Source of the DNA: Fusobacteriota bacterium
Lineage (GTDB): Bacteria > Fusobacteriota > Fusobacteriia > Fusobacteriales > JBNJFI01
Reading direction: 5' to 3'
Length of the DNA: 44,163 bases
Assembly: GCA_051746725.1 (NCBI GenBank)
Contig: JBNJFI010000008.1
Span: 1 to 44,163 of the forward strand
Below are positions 29,263 through 38,754 of this stretch, piece by piece. The notes beneath the pieces are model-generated. The model was not told the origin of the DNA. It saw nothing but the letters and a program-made list of their open reading frames with translations, and did not search any database. Made by a program: the position numbers and the translations under genes. The stretch's first letter is position 1. Every line of letters begins with the position of its first letter.

Positions 29263-30279
29263 ATGACGATAAAAGAAGTTGCTAAAAGAGCTGGAGTTTC
29301 TATATCGACAGTATCTAGAGTTATTAATAATTCTGCTAAGGTAAGTAAAGACATAAAAAAAAGAGTAGAAAAGATAATTGAAGAGACTGGATATAGACCA
29401 AATTCTTTAGCTAGAGGACTTATAAATGACAAAACAAATGTAATAGGAGTCATTTTGCCAAGGATTGATTTAGAAATATTTGCTGCAGCTGTAGAAGGGT
29501 TGACAAAAAAGTTAAATGAGTTAGGATATCATATTTTGCTAGCAAACAGTAGAGCAAAGGTAGAAGAGGAATTAGAATATTTTAAAGTTTTTGAAGAAAA
29601 ACGTGTAGATGGAGTTGTTTGGTTTGCAACAGGTATAACCAAAGAACACAGAGAGCTTTTGAAGAAAATGAATTATCCAGTTGTGCTATTGGGTCAAGAA
29701 GATGAAATATTAGACTGTCCGAGTGTTATATATGATAACTATAATGGGGTAAAAAAGATTACAAATTATTTAATAGAGTTAGGCCACCGAAACATCAGCT
29801 TTATTGGAGTACCAGAGTTTGATAAATCCATAGGACTAGAACGTAAAAGAGGATTTAAAGATACTTTAGAGATGAACGGCATAGAAGTTAAATCCACAGA
29901 TATAGTAGAAGCAAACTTTGATTATATGGCTGGATATGATAACGCAGAAAAAATTTTTAAAAGCAATGAAAAGGTTCCCACAGCAATTGTAGCTGCAACT
30001 GACAGACTTGCAATTGGAGTTATACGATATTTATTAGAAAACGGATATAGAGTTCCAGAAGATATATCAGTTGCTGGGATAGATGATCTTAGAATGGCTT
30101 CTATATATACTCCTTCGCTTACCACAATTAATTATAACCATTATCAATCTGGAGTTCATGCAGCAGATCTCATTATAGATCAAGTAGAAAAAAGAGAAAG
30201 TTCAGTTAGAAGAATAGTTTTAGATTATAAATTAAAAATTAGAAATAGTACAAAGAAAATAGGAGGAGAAAATGGATAA
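29263..30279 (+). CDS. LacI-family transcriptional regulator
   Basis: MTIKEVAKRAGVSISTVSRVIN HTH, YRPNSLARGL hinge, sugar-binding domain (VPEDISVAGIDD, PSLTTI). Confidence 0.96.
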   Translation: MTIKEVAKRAGVSISTVSRVINNSAKVSKDIKKRVEKIIEETGYRPNSLARGLINDKTNVIGVILPRIDLEIFAAAVEGLTKKLNELGYHILLANSRAKVEEELEYFKVFEEKRVDGVVWFATGITKEHRELLKKMNYPVVLLGQEDEILDCPSVIYDNYNGVKKITNYLIELGHRNISFIGVPEFDKSIGLERKRGFKDTLEMNGIEVKSTDIVEANFDYMAGYDNAEKIFKSNEKVPTAIVAATDRLAIGVIRYLLENGYRVPEDISVAGIDDLRMASIYTPSLTTINYNHYQSGVHAADLIIDQVEKRESSVRRIVLDYKLKIRNSTKKIGGENG

Positions 30280-30907
30280 TGTTTTTTTAGGAATTTCACT
30301 AATAGAATGGTTTGGTTATTTGGCTTCAGTAATAGTAGCAGTATCTTTAGTTATGGGATCTATTGTAAAGTTAAGGTGGTATAACCTAATTGGTGCTGGA
30401 ATGTTTTCAACATATGGCTTTTTAATAGGAGCCTTACCTGTAGGAGTTTTAAATGCATTTATCGTTATAGCTGATATATATTATTTGATTCAGATTTACA
30501 AAAAAGAAGAACACTTTGATATAATCAAATTAGATGATGATTCAAAATATTTGAAATATTTTTTAAATTATAAAAAAGATGATATAAAAAAATATTTTCC
30601 TGATTTTGATTATGGTGATTTCAATGGAAAAGGATTTTATCTTATAAGAGATTTAACTCCTGTAGGAATAATCTATGGGATTAAGGATGAAGATATATTT
30701 GAAATAAAACTAGATTATATATTACCAGAATATAGAGATTTTAAAATGGGAAGTTATGTCTTTGAAAATCACATAGATATATTTAAAAATATGGGGGTTA
30801 ATAAACTAATAACAGAGTCACAAATGAAAGACCATAATATATATTTAGAAAAAATGGGATTTAAGTTGACAGATGATGAGCAAAAAAGGTATGTAAAACA
30901 TATTTAA
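30272..30907 (+). CDS. Membrane protein: YgjV-like 3-TM N-terminus with a GNAT-like C-terminal domain
   Basis: GYLASVIVAVSL...LRWYNLIG...YGFLIGALPVGVLN TM block; C-terminal LDYILPEYRDFKMG and YLEKMGF resemble GNAT motifs A and B. Confidence 0.65.
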   Translation: MDNVFLGISLIEWFGYLASVIVAVSLVMGSIVKLRWYNLIGAGMFSTYGFLIGALPVGVLNAFIVIADIYYLIQIYKKEEHFDIIKLDDDSKYLKYFLNYKKDDIKKYFPDFDYGDFNGKGFYLIRDLTPVGIIYGIKDEDIFEIKLDYILPEYRDFKMGSYVFENHIDIFKNMGVNKLITESQMKDHNIYLEKMGFKLTDDEQKRYVKHI

Positions 30908-30928
30908 ATTTATTAATGGGAGGGAATT

Positions 30929-31744
30929 ATGTATAAAAGAGTAAAAGAGACAGTAAAAGGAATAAGAGAAAAGATCAATTCTAATGCAAAAATAGGAATA
31001 GTTTTAGGATCTGGATTAGGTGATTTGGTAGAATTTATTGACGATCAAACTGTTATAAAGTATAATGAAGTGCCTAATTTTCCGGTCTCTACTGTAGAGG
31101 GACACGCAGGGCAATTGGTATTTGGAAAAATTGCTGGAGTTGAGGTAATGGCAATGCAGGGGAGATTCCATTATTATGAAGGGTATGAAATGAAAGAAGT
31201 AGCATACCCACAATATGTGATGAAAGAGTTTGGAATAAAAAAAATGATAGTAAGTAATGCAGCTGGGGGAGTTAATCCAGAGTTTAAACCAGGAGATCTC
31301 ATGATAATATCTGATCATTTGAATTTATTTGGAGATAACCCTTTAATTGGTCATAACGATAAAAGATTTGGACCTAGGTTTCCAGATATGTCAAATGCTT
31401 ATAAAAATTATATGATCGATATTGCAAAAAAGGTTGCAAAAAAGATTGATTTAGATCATCAAGAAGGTGTTTATGCTGGGATGACAGGTCCATACTATGA
31501 AACTGGGGCTGAAATCAATTATATTTCTACCATTGGAGCTGATTCGGTTGGAATGTCTACGGTACCAGAAGTTATTGCGGCAAATTACTTAGGAATAGAT
31601 GTATTGGGGATATCTTGTATAACAAATATGGCAACAGGGATTGCCAAAACAGCTCATTCTCATGAAGATGTAGTGAAAACAGCCAAAAAAGCTGGAGAAA
31701 ATTTTTGTAAATGGGTAGTGGAAATAATAAAAGAGATAGGATAA
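30929..31744 (+). CDS. punA: Purine-nucleoside phosphorylase, trimeric (PupG/PunA type)
   Basis: VLGSGLG, STVEGHAG, QGRFHYYEG, NAAGG, GPYYET, GMSTVPE, ITN. Confidence 0.93.
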   Translation: MYKRVKETVKGIREKINSNAKIGIVLGSGLGDLVEFIDDQTVIKYNEVPNFPVSTVEGHAGQLVFGKIAGVEVMAMQGRFHYYEGYEMKEVAYPQYVMKEFGIKKMIVSNAAGGVNPEFKPGDLMIISDHLNLFGDNPLIGHNDKRFGPRFPDMSNAYKNYMIDIAKKVAKKIDLDHQEGVYAGMTGPYYETGAEINYISTIGADSVGMSTVPEVIAANYLGIDVLGISCITNMATGIAKTAHSHEDVVKTAKKAGENFCKWVVEIIKEIG

Positions 31745-31771
31745 TTTTAGCAAAAAAGATTGGAGGGGAAA

Positions 31772-33298
31772 ATGAAAAAAAAGACAGTTTTAGAAATGAG
31801 AAATATTCGAAAAGTATTTGGAGATGTTGTTGCAAATGACAATATAAATTTAAAAGTTGAGGAGGGAGAAATTCATGCAATAGTCGGAGAAAATGGAGCT
31901 GGTAAATCTACTCTCATGAAAATATTAAACGGTTTATATCAGCCTACTTCAGGAGAAATATATTTATCTGATAAAAAAGTGGATATAGATGGACCTGGAG
32001 AAGCTGCTAGAATGAAAATCGGAATGGTTTATCAACACTTTATGTTAGTTCCAACTTTGACAGTAGCAGAAAACATGATATTAGGTTATGAACCTAAAGC
32101 AGGCATAAAATTAGATATGAAAAAAGCTAGAGAAGAAGTGAAAATGGTTTCAAAAAAGTATGGATTAAAAATTGATCCAGATGCAAAGGTTTCAGAATTA
32201 TCTGTTGGTATGCAACAAAGAGTGGAAATATTAAAAATATTATTTAAAGGTGCAGAATTATTAGTTTTTGATGAGCCTACTGCGGTTTTAACACCTCAAG
32301 AGGTAAAAGAAATGTATAAAATTATGAAAACTCTTATTACTGAAGGAAAAACAATTATTTTTATAACGCATAAGTTACAAGAAGTTTTAGATGTTTCGGA
32401 CAATATAACAGTGATCAGAGATGGAAAAAATGTTGGAGAAATGGAAGTTAAAGATGCTACTAAAGAAAAAATAGCCAATTTAATGGTGGGAAGAGATGTA
32501 TTATTCACTGTTGATAGAAAAGAAGTTGATTTAGGTAAAAAAATTGTTGAAGTTAATAACTTAGTAGTAGAAAATAATCAAGGATTGGACTCAGTAAAAG
32601 ATGTATCTTTTGATATAAGAGAAGGAGAAATTCTTGGAATAGCTGGAGTTGAAGGAAATGGTCAAACTGAGTTAGTTGAGGCTTTGACAGGACTTATGGA
32701 TGTCAAAGGAGGAGATATAACGATAAATGGGAATCACCTTGAAAACAGATCTCCCAGAGAAGTAACTTTATCCGGTGTATCTCATATGCCAGAAGACAGA
32801 CATAAAAGAGCGGCTGTTTCAGAATATAGTGTTGCATATAACATAGCTTTTGGAGTTCATAAGGAAAAATACTCAAAAGGTCCTTTTGGAATTAATCTTA
32901 ATTTTTCTAAAATGAATGAACAAAGTAGTGAGTTTTTAGAAAAATATGATATTAGACCTAGGGAAATTCATAAAAAATTTGGAAAATTATCAGGTGGTAA
33001 TCAACAAAAAGTCATAGTAGCACGTGAAATGGAAAAAGAACATAATTTCATGATTTCTTCTCAACCAACAAGAGGAGTAGATATTGGAGCAATAGAATCA
33101 ATACATAATATGATTTTAAAAGAGAAAGAACACAAAAAAGCTATTTTACTTTTGTCTGCAGAATTATCAGAAATAATGAATTTAAGTGATAGAATAGCAG
33201 TTATGTTTGAAGGAGAAATTGTCGGTTTATTAAATAGAGAAGAAGCAACTAAAGAAAAATTAGGAATTTTAATGGCGGGAGGGAGTTTAGATGACTAA
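31772..33298 (+). CDS. Nucleoside ABC transporter ATP-binding protein (NupA/YufO-like, two ABC domains)
   Basis: GENGAGKST, LSVGMQQRVE, FDEPT, GVEGNGQTE, LSGGNQQK, QPTRGVD; start at ATG 31772. Confidence 0.93.
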   Translation: MKKKTVLEMRNIRKVFGDVVANDNINLKVEEGEIHAIVGENGAGKSTLMKILNGLYQPTSGEIYLSDKKVDIDGPGEAARMKIGMVYQHFMLVPTLTVAENMILGYEPKAGIKLDMKKAREEVKMVSKKYGLKIDPDAKVSELSVGMQQRVEILKILFKGAELLVFDEPTAVLTPQEVKEMYKIMKTLITEGKTIIFITHKLQEVLDVSDNITVIRDGKNVGEMEVKDATKEKIANLMVGRDVLFTVDRKEVDLGKKIVEVNNLVVENNQGLDSVKDVSFDIREGEILGIAGVEGNGQTELVEALTGLMDVKGGDITINGNHLENRSPREVTLSGVSHMPEDRHKRAAVSEYSVAYNIAFGVHKEKYSKGPFGINLNFSKMNEQSSEFLEKYDIRPREIHKKFGKLSGGNQQKVIVAREMEKEHNFMISSQPTRGVDIGAIESIHNMILKEKEHKKAILLLSAELSEIMNLSDRIAVMFEGEIVGLLNREEATKEKLGILMAGGSLDD

Positions 33299-34334
33299 AA
33301 AAACACAAGAAAGATTAATCCCTGTATTATCAGTTCTAATAGCACTAGCTATTGGAGGCGTTATAATGATACTTCTAGGGAATAATCCATTAGAAGCCTA
33401 TGCAGCTCTTTTTCAAGGTGCTTTTATAGGAAAAAGACACATTGGGCAAACATTACTTATGGCAACACCTCTTATCTTTACAGGATTATCAGTGGCCTTT
33501 GCATTTAAAGCTGGATTATTCAATATAGGGGCTCAAGGTCAAATTGTAATAGGGGGATTAGTAGCAGTTTCAGTAGCTTCATTTGTAGATACTCCACTTT
33601 TAAATAATGTCTTTGTAGTTATTATTTTAGCTGCAATTGCTGGTTTTGCTTGGGCAGCTATAGCAGGTTGGTTAAAGGCAAAATTAGGAGTTCATGAAGT
33701 TATAAGTACAATAATGTTAAATTATATAGCAATGAATATAGAACAATATATGTTGAATTATCCATTGAAAGAAGGAGGACCTACGGGACCTAGTCCTCAA
33801 ACTCCTCCAATATCATCATTATCTAAATTAAAGTCAATTTTACCTCCAACAGATCTAAATGTTGGATTTATAATTGCGATTATAGCAGCAATAGTAATTT
33901 GGTATATTTTAAATAAAACTATTTTAGGATATGAAATAAAGGCAATAGGTTTTAACAAGACTGCTTCTGAAAATGCTGGAATTAGCGTACAATGGAAAAT
34001 AATTTTAGCTTTAGGTATAAGTGGAATTTTAGCCGGTCTTGGAGGAGCTGAAAGAGTTTTAGGTGGAGTCACTCAAGATAGATATGTTCAAGGATTAATG
34101 GCACAATACGGATTTGATGGAATCGCTGTGGCTCTATTGGGAAAAAATAATCCTTTTGGAGTTATTTTAGCCGCAATATTATTTGGAGCTCTTAGGGCAG
34201 GTGCAATGAGGATGCAGTTTGTAGCTAATGTACCTAGTCAAATAATAATAATAATTCAGGCTATAATTATATTACTAGTTGCTTCTGAAAATATGTTTAA
34301 AGCTATGTTTAAAAAGAAGAAGGTGAAAGCATAA
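33291..34334 (+). CDS. Nucleoside ABC transporter permease (NupB-like)
   Basis: GLFNIGAQGQ, HEVISTIMLNY, GFDGIAVALLG. Confidence 0.92.
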   Translation: MTKKTQERLIPVLSVLIALAIGGVIMILLGNNPLEAYAALFQGAFIGKRHIGQTLLMATPLIFTGLSVAFAFKAGLFNIGAQGQIVIGGLVAVSVASFVDTPLLNNVFVVIILAAIAGFAWAAIAGWLKAKLGVHEVISTIMLNYIAMNIEQYMLNYPLKEGGPTGPSPQTPPISSLSKLKSILPPTDLNVGFIIAIIAAIVIWYILNKTILGYEIKAIGFNKTASENAGISVQWKIILALGISGILAGLGGAERVLGGVTQDRYVQGLMAQYGFDGIAVALLGKNNPFGVILAAILFGALRAGAMRMQFVANVPSQIIIIIQAIIILLVASENMFKAMFKKKKVKA

Positions 34335-35215
34335 TGATAAATATAATTTTAAGTTTAATATTCGGAACAATAAGACAAGCCGCTCCTTTGTTAATAACAG
34401 CTATAGGTGGAATTTTTTCGGAAATAACTGGAGTTGTAAATATAGGATTAGAAGGAATGATGTTAATTGGGGCTTTTTCTGGAGCAGTTGCAAGTTATTA
34501 TACTGGTAGTGCAGTAATGGGAGTTATCTTTGCTATGATAGCCGGAGGACTACTGGCATTAATACATGCAATTTTAAGTGTAAAGTATAAAGGGAACCAA
34601 GTGGTTTCTGGAGTTGCAATAAATTTATTTGCTGCAGGTTTTACCGTTTTTATGCTTCGGATTTTATTTCAACAATCTGGTAATTCACCTACAGTAACTA
34701 GTTTTCCTAAAATATTTGGAATATCAGGAATAATATTTATAATATATGGAATAGCAATAGCCGCGCATTTTTTCATATATAAAACTGTTACAGGTTTACG
34801 AATGAGATCAGTGGGAGAGCATCCATTGGCAGCTGATACAGTTGGAATTGATGTGTATAAAATAAGATATTTTGGAGTTATTATGAGTGGAGTTTTTGCT
34901 GGATTAGGCGGAGCTTACTTATCTTTAGGTGCATTATCTCAATTTACGAAGGGAATGTCATCGGGGAGAGGTTTTATAGCGTTAGCAGCTATGATATTTG
35001 GGAAATGGACTCCATTCGGTGCTTTAGGAGCTAGTCTTCTATTTGGTTTTTCCATGGCATTACAAGGAATCTTACAACAACATGTAACGGTAATTCCCCC
35101 TCAATTTATACAAATGATACCATATATATTAACATTACTTGCTCTAGCTGGAGTAGTTGGAAAATCAAAAGCACCATCTGCAAGTGGAACTCCTTATGAT
35201 AAAAGTAATGAATAA
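34334..35215 (+). CDS. Nucleoside ABC transporter permease (NupC-like)
   Basis: GVVNIGLEGMM, NQVVSG, GEHPLAADTVG, GRGFIALAAMIFGKW. Confidence 0.92.
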   Translation: MINIILSLIFGTIRQAAPLLITAIGGIFSEITGVVNIGLEGMMLIGAFSGAVASYYTGSAVMGVIFAMIAGGLLALIHAILSVKYKGNQVVSGVAINLFAAGFTVFMLRILFQQSGNSPTVTSFPKIFGISGIIFIIYGIAIAAHFFIYKTVTGLRMRSVGEHPLAADTVGIDVYKIRYFGVIMSGVFAGLGGAYLSLGALSQFTKGMSSGRGFIALAAMIFGKWTPFGALGASLLFGFSMALQGILQQHVTVIPPQFIQMIPYILTLLALAGVVGKSKAPSASGTPYDKSNE

Positions 35216-35265
35216 TATATTGTTTTGATAAAATAAAAGAAATGTATGAAAACCAGGTAAAAATG

Positions 35266-35274
35266 TGTTATAAT
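35266..35274 (+). promoter_or_regulatory. Possible internal extended -10 promoter for the BMP gene
   Basis: TGTTATAAT in a ~110-nt intergenic gap; weak -35 ATGAAA 17 nt upstream. Confidence 0.5.
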
Positions 35275-35328
35275 ATAATGGCTCTTTTCAAAAAAGGGCA
35301 AAACAAAAAAACAGGAGGAGATGTAAAA

Positions 35329-36345
35329 ATGAAAAAAACATTAGTAGCAGTTTTATTGGGAGTATTTATTTCAAGTATGGCATTTGGAGGTATTTTTGAT
35401 TTTTTCAAAAAAGGTGATAAGGAAGACTCGCAACAAAAGAAAATAGGTATTGTTTTATCCACTGGTGGTTTAGGTGATCAATCTTTTAATGATTCAGCGT
35501 ACAGAGGATTAAAAGAAGCTGAGGAAGATTTTAATATTGAATTTAGATATGTGGAGCCAGCTTCTAGTGCAGAAGACGAACAATATTTAAGACAATTTGC
35601 AGAAACAGATTATGATCTAATAGTTGGGACAGGATTTTTAATGGCAAATGCAGTAGAAAAAATGGCAACAGATTATCCAGATACACAATTTGCTATAATT
35701 GACTCTGTAGTTGATAAACCAAATGTAGCTTCACTTGTATTCAAAGAACATGAAGGTTCTTTTTTGGTAGGAGCACTTGCAGCTATGATGACTGAATCAG
35801 ATGTTATTGGATTTGTAGGAGGAATGGATGTTCCTTTAATTAGAAAATTCCAAGCAGGATATATTCAAGGTGCAAAATATGTAAATGAAGATATTGAAGT
35901 GTTATCAGTTTATACAAGTGGATCATCTAATCCATTTAATGATCCAGTTGCAGGAAAAGAAAATACTTTATCATTAATCAAACAAGATGCAGATGTTATA
36001 TATCATGCAGCTGGAGGAACAGGGATGGGTGTAATTGAATCAGCTAAGCAACAAGAGGTATATGCTATAGGTGTTGATTCAAATCAAGATCCAGTGGCTC
36101 CAGGGACAGTACTTACTAGTATGATCAAAAAAGTTGATAATGCAGTATATAATGTTACAAAAGATGTTGTTAATGATAATTTCCAAGGTGGAATTCACTC
36201 TTTTGGTGTAGCAGAAGAGGGTGTAGGAGTAACAGATTATGAATTTACTAAAGATGAAATTGGAGAAGAAAACATAAAAAGAGTTGAAGAGATAAAAGCT
36301 AAGATAAAAAGTGGAGAAATAGAGGTAAGTGAAAGTATCGAATAA
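35329..36345 (+). CDS. BMP/PnrA-family nucleoside-binding protein
   Basis: GGLGDQSFND, FKEHEGSFLVG, GFVGGM, HAAGGTG, IGVDSNQ, TSMIKKVD; start at ATG 35329 behind AGGAGG. Confidence 0.93.
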   Translation: MKKTLVAVLLGVFISSMAFGGIFDFFKKGDKEDSQQKKIGIVLSTGGLGDQSFNDSAYRGLKEAEEDFNIEFRYVEPASSAEDEQYLRQFAETDYDLIVGTGFLMANAVEKMATDYPDTQFAIIDSVVDKPNVASLVFKEHEGSFLVGALAAMMTESDVIGFVGGMDVPLIRKFQAGYIQGAKYVNEDIEVLSVYTSGSSNPFNDPVAGKENTLSLIKQDADVIYHAAGGTGMGVIESAKQQEVYAIGVDSNQDPVAPGTVLTSMIKKVDNAVYNVTKDVVNDNFQGGIHSFGVAEEGVGVTDYEFTKDEIGEENIKRVEEIKAKIKSGEIEVSESIE

Positions 36346-36357
36346 ATTATAAATAAT

Positions 36358-36388
36358 ATATATGGGGTAGCTTAGCTATCCCATATAT
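36358..36388 (+). terminator. Stem-loop after the BMP gene (partial terminator or mRNA stabiliser)
   Basis: ATATATGGGGTAGC-TTA-GCTATCCCATATAT with one G-U pair and no U-tract. Confidence 0.6.
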
Positions 36389-36406
36389 TATAAAATGGAG
36401 GTTGTT

Positions 36407-37717
36407 ATGCGAGCAGTTGATATTATACAAAAAAAAAGAGATAAAAAAGAGCTTACTGATGAGGAAATAAAATTTTTATTAGATAAATATATGGAAGAAG
36501 AAATACCAGATTATCAGATGTCTTCTTTTTTGATGGCCACGTATTTCAATGACATGACAAAAGAAGAGTTGAATATGTTTACAGATAGAATGATGCACTC
36601 TGGTGATCTTATAAAATTTGAAGGAATAAATAAATTTTTAGTAGATAAACATAGCACTGGAGGAGTTGGAGATAAAACAACTATTGCATTAGCTCCAATA
36701 CTGGCATATTTTGATATAGGAACAGCAAAGCTTTCTGGTAGAGGTTTAGGGCATACTGGAGGAACAATTGATAAATTCGAATCTATTAAAGGGTTTACAT
36801 TTCCAGAAACTCGAGAAGAATTAATCGAAAAGGTTAATAAAGTTGGAATAGGTTTAATGGGATATTCTGATAAAATAGTACCTTTGGATAAAAAACTATA
36901 TTCTTTGAGAGATGTTACTGCAACAGTACCTAGTATTCCACTTATTGCAAGTAGTATAATGAGTAAAAAGTTAGCTGTATATGCCGATGGGATTATATTA
37001 GATGTAAAAGTTGGTAGCGGGGCCTTTATGAAAAATAAAAAAGATGCTACAGAATTAGCAGATAGAATGTTAGAAATAGGAAAAGGATTTAATAGAAAAG
37101 TAATAGCTGTGCTTACTAATATGGATCAACCACTTGGACATGCCGTTGGTAATAGTTTAGAATTAATTGAAGCTATTGAAACTCTAAAAGGAAATGGTCC
37201 AAATGACTTTTCAGAATTAGTTTTAACTCTAGGAGCAGTAGCATTATTGTTAAAAGAGGAAGTAGATTCTTTAGAAGAAGGTAAAAAGAAAATTCAAAAT
37301 ATATTGGGAACTGAAAAATTATTACAAAAATTAAAAGATTTTATTGAAGATTGTGGTGGAGATCCAAAATTAGTTGATGATTATTCTATTTTACCTGTTT
37401 CTGATAAAGTATATGAAATTAAGTCAAAAAAGAGTGGTAATATAAAAAAAATCGAAGCAGAAGAAGTTGGAAAAGCAGCTATGGTTTTGGGAGCTGGACG
37501 AGCTAAAAAATCTGACAAAATTGATCATTCTGTTGGTATTGTATGTGATAAAAAAATTGGAGACAATATCAAAAAAGGTGAAGTATTAGGTAAGATTTAT
37601 TATAAAACCAATGAGAATTTGAATTCTGCAAAGGAGAAATTTATAAATGCCTTTACTTTTTCAGATAGTGAAGTCAAAAAAGATAAAATTATATTGGAAA
37701 TTAAAAAAGGTTTTTAA
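36407..37717 (+). CDS. pdp: Pyrimidine-nucleoside (thymidine) phosphorylase
   Basis: MRAVDIIQKKRD, DKHSTGGVGDK, SGRGLGHTGGTIDK, LRDVTATV, SIMSKK; start at ATG 36407 behind GGAGG. Confidence 0.95.
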   Translation: MRAVDIIQKKRDKKELTDEEIKFLLDKYMEEEIPDYQMSSFLMATYFNDMTKEELNMFTDRMMHSGDLIKFEGINKFLVDKHSTGGVGDKTTIALAPILAYFDIGTAKLSGRGLGHTGGTIDKFESIKGFTFPETREELIEKVNKVGIGLMGYSDKIVPLDKKLYSLRDVTATVPSIPLIASSIMSKKLAVYADGIILDVKVGSGAFMKNKKDATELADRMLEIGKGFNRKVIAVLTNMDQPLGHAVGNSLELIEAIETLKGNGPNDFSELVLTLGAVALLLKEEVDSLEEGKKKIQNILGTEKLLQKLKDFIEDCGGDPKLVDDYSILPVSDKVYEIKSKKSGNIKKIEAEEVGKAAMVLGAGRAKKSDKIDHSVGIVCDKKIGDNIKKGEVLGKIYYKTNENLNSAKEKFINAFTFSDSEVKKDKIILEIKKGF

Positions 37718-37746
37718 ATAAAACAATTAAGAGAAGGGAGGCTTAA

Positions 37747-38745
37747 ATGGATATAGATAAACTAAGAAATATGAAAAAGGCAGAGATACACATACATCTA
37801 GATGGTTCTGTAAGAATAGCAACTATTTTGGATTTAGCCAAAAAAAATGAGATAAAACTCCCTGCTGATAATAAAGTTAACTTAAAAAAGTATTTGCAAG
37901 TAAATGAAAAAGATAAGTCTTTGGTTGATTATCTTAAAAAATTTCAGTTGCCAATAAAAGTCATGCAGACAAAGGAAAATATAGAAAGAATTTCCTTCGA
38001 ACTTTTAGAAGATTTAGCTAATAGGAATTACATCTATGTAGAAGTTAGATTTTCTCCAGTATTACATATGGAGAAAGGACTTAGTTTAGATGAAGTAGTT
38101 GAAAGTGTTTTAAAAGGAATGGAAAAAGCAAAGAATGAATATGGAATTGAATATGGTTTAATACTTTCAGTCATGCGACATATGGATAGAAAAACTGGAA
38201 TGGAAATATTAAATTTAGCAAGAGACTTCAAGTATAGAGGAGTTGTTGGAATAGATTTAGCCGGAGATGAAGAAAATTACCCAGTTGATATATTTGAAAA
38301 GCTTTTCAGGGTAGCTAAGCAATATAATATAAAGTATACAATTCATGCTGGAGAAGCAGATGGATTTAAAAGTGTAGAAAAAGCTTTAGATATAGGTGCA
38401 GATAGAATTGGTCATGGAATAAGAGCATTTGAAGATGAGAATCTTTTAGAAAGAATTAAAGACGAAAATATAACCTTGGAAATTTGTCCTATAAGTAATT
38501 ATCAGACAGGAGTCTTGAAAGATTTTAAAGATTATCCCATTATGGATTTTTTAGAAAAAGGAATAAGAGTCTCCCTTAATACAGATAATCAAACTGTTTC
38601 AAATACTAATTTGATTAAAGAAGTTGAATTTTTAGAAAAATATTTTAAAATTTCATTTGAAGATGTAAAAAAGATGGTTAGAAATTCAATACTTGGAAGT
38701 TTTACAAGTAAAAACACCAAAAGAAAGTTATTAGAAAAATTATAG
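37747..38745 (+). CDS. add: Adenosine deaminase
   Basis: HIHLDGS, EVRFSP, DLAGDE, HAGE, RIGHG, EICPISN, NTDN. Confidence 0.92.
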   Translation: MDIDKLRNMKKAEIHIHLDGSVRIATILDLAKKNEIKLPADNKVNLKKYLQVNEKDKSLVDYLKKFQLPIKVMQTKENIERISFELLEDLANRNYIYVEVRFSPVLHMEKGLSLDEVVESVLKGMEKAKNEYGIEYGLILSVMRHMDRKTGMEILNLARDFKYRGVVGIDLAGDEENYPVDIFEKLFRVAKQYNIKYTIHAGEADGFKSVEKALDIGADRIGHGIRAFEDENLLERIKDENITLEICPISNYQTGVLKDFKDYPIMDFLEKGIRVSLNTDNQTVSNTNLIKEVEFLEKYFKISFEDVKKMVRNSILGSFTSKNTKRKLLEKL

Positions 38746-38754
38746 GAGGAAAAA

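Noticed and set aside
35245..35260. TATGAAAAC as a third LacI operator before the BMP gene
   Set aside because: Only the left half matches; the right half (CAGGTAA) is not the inverted arm.
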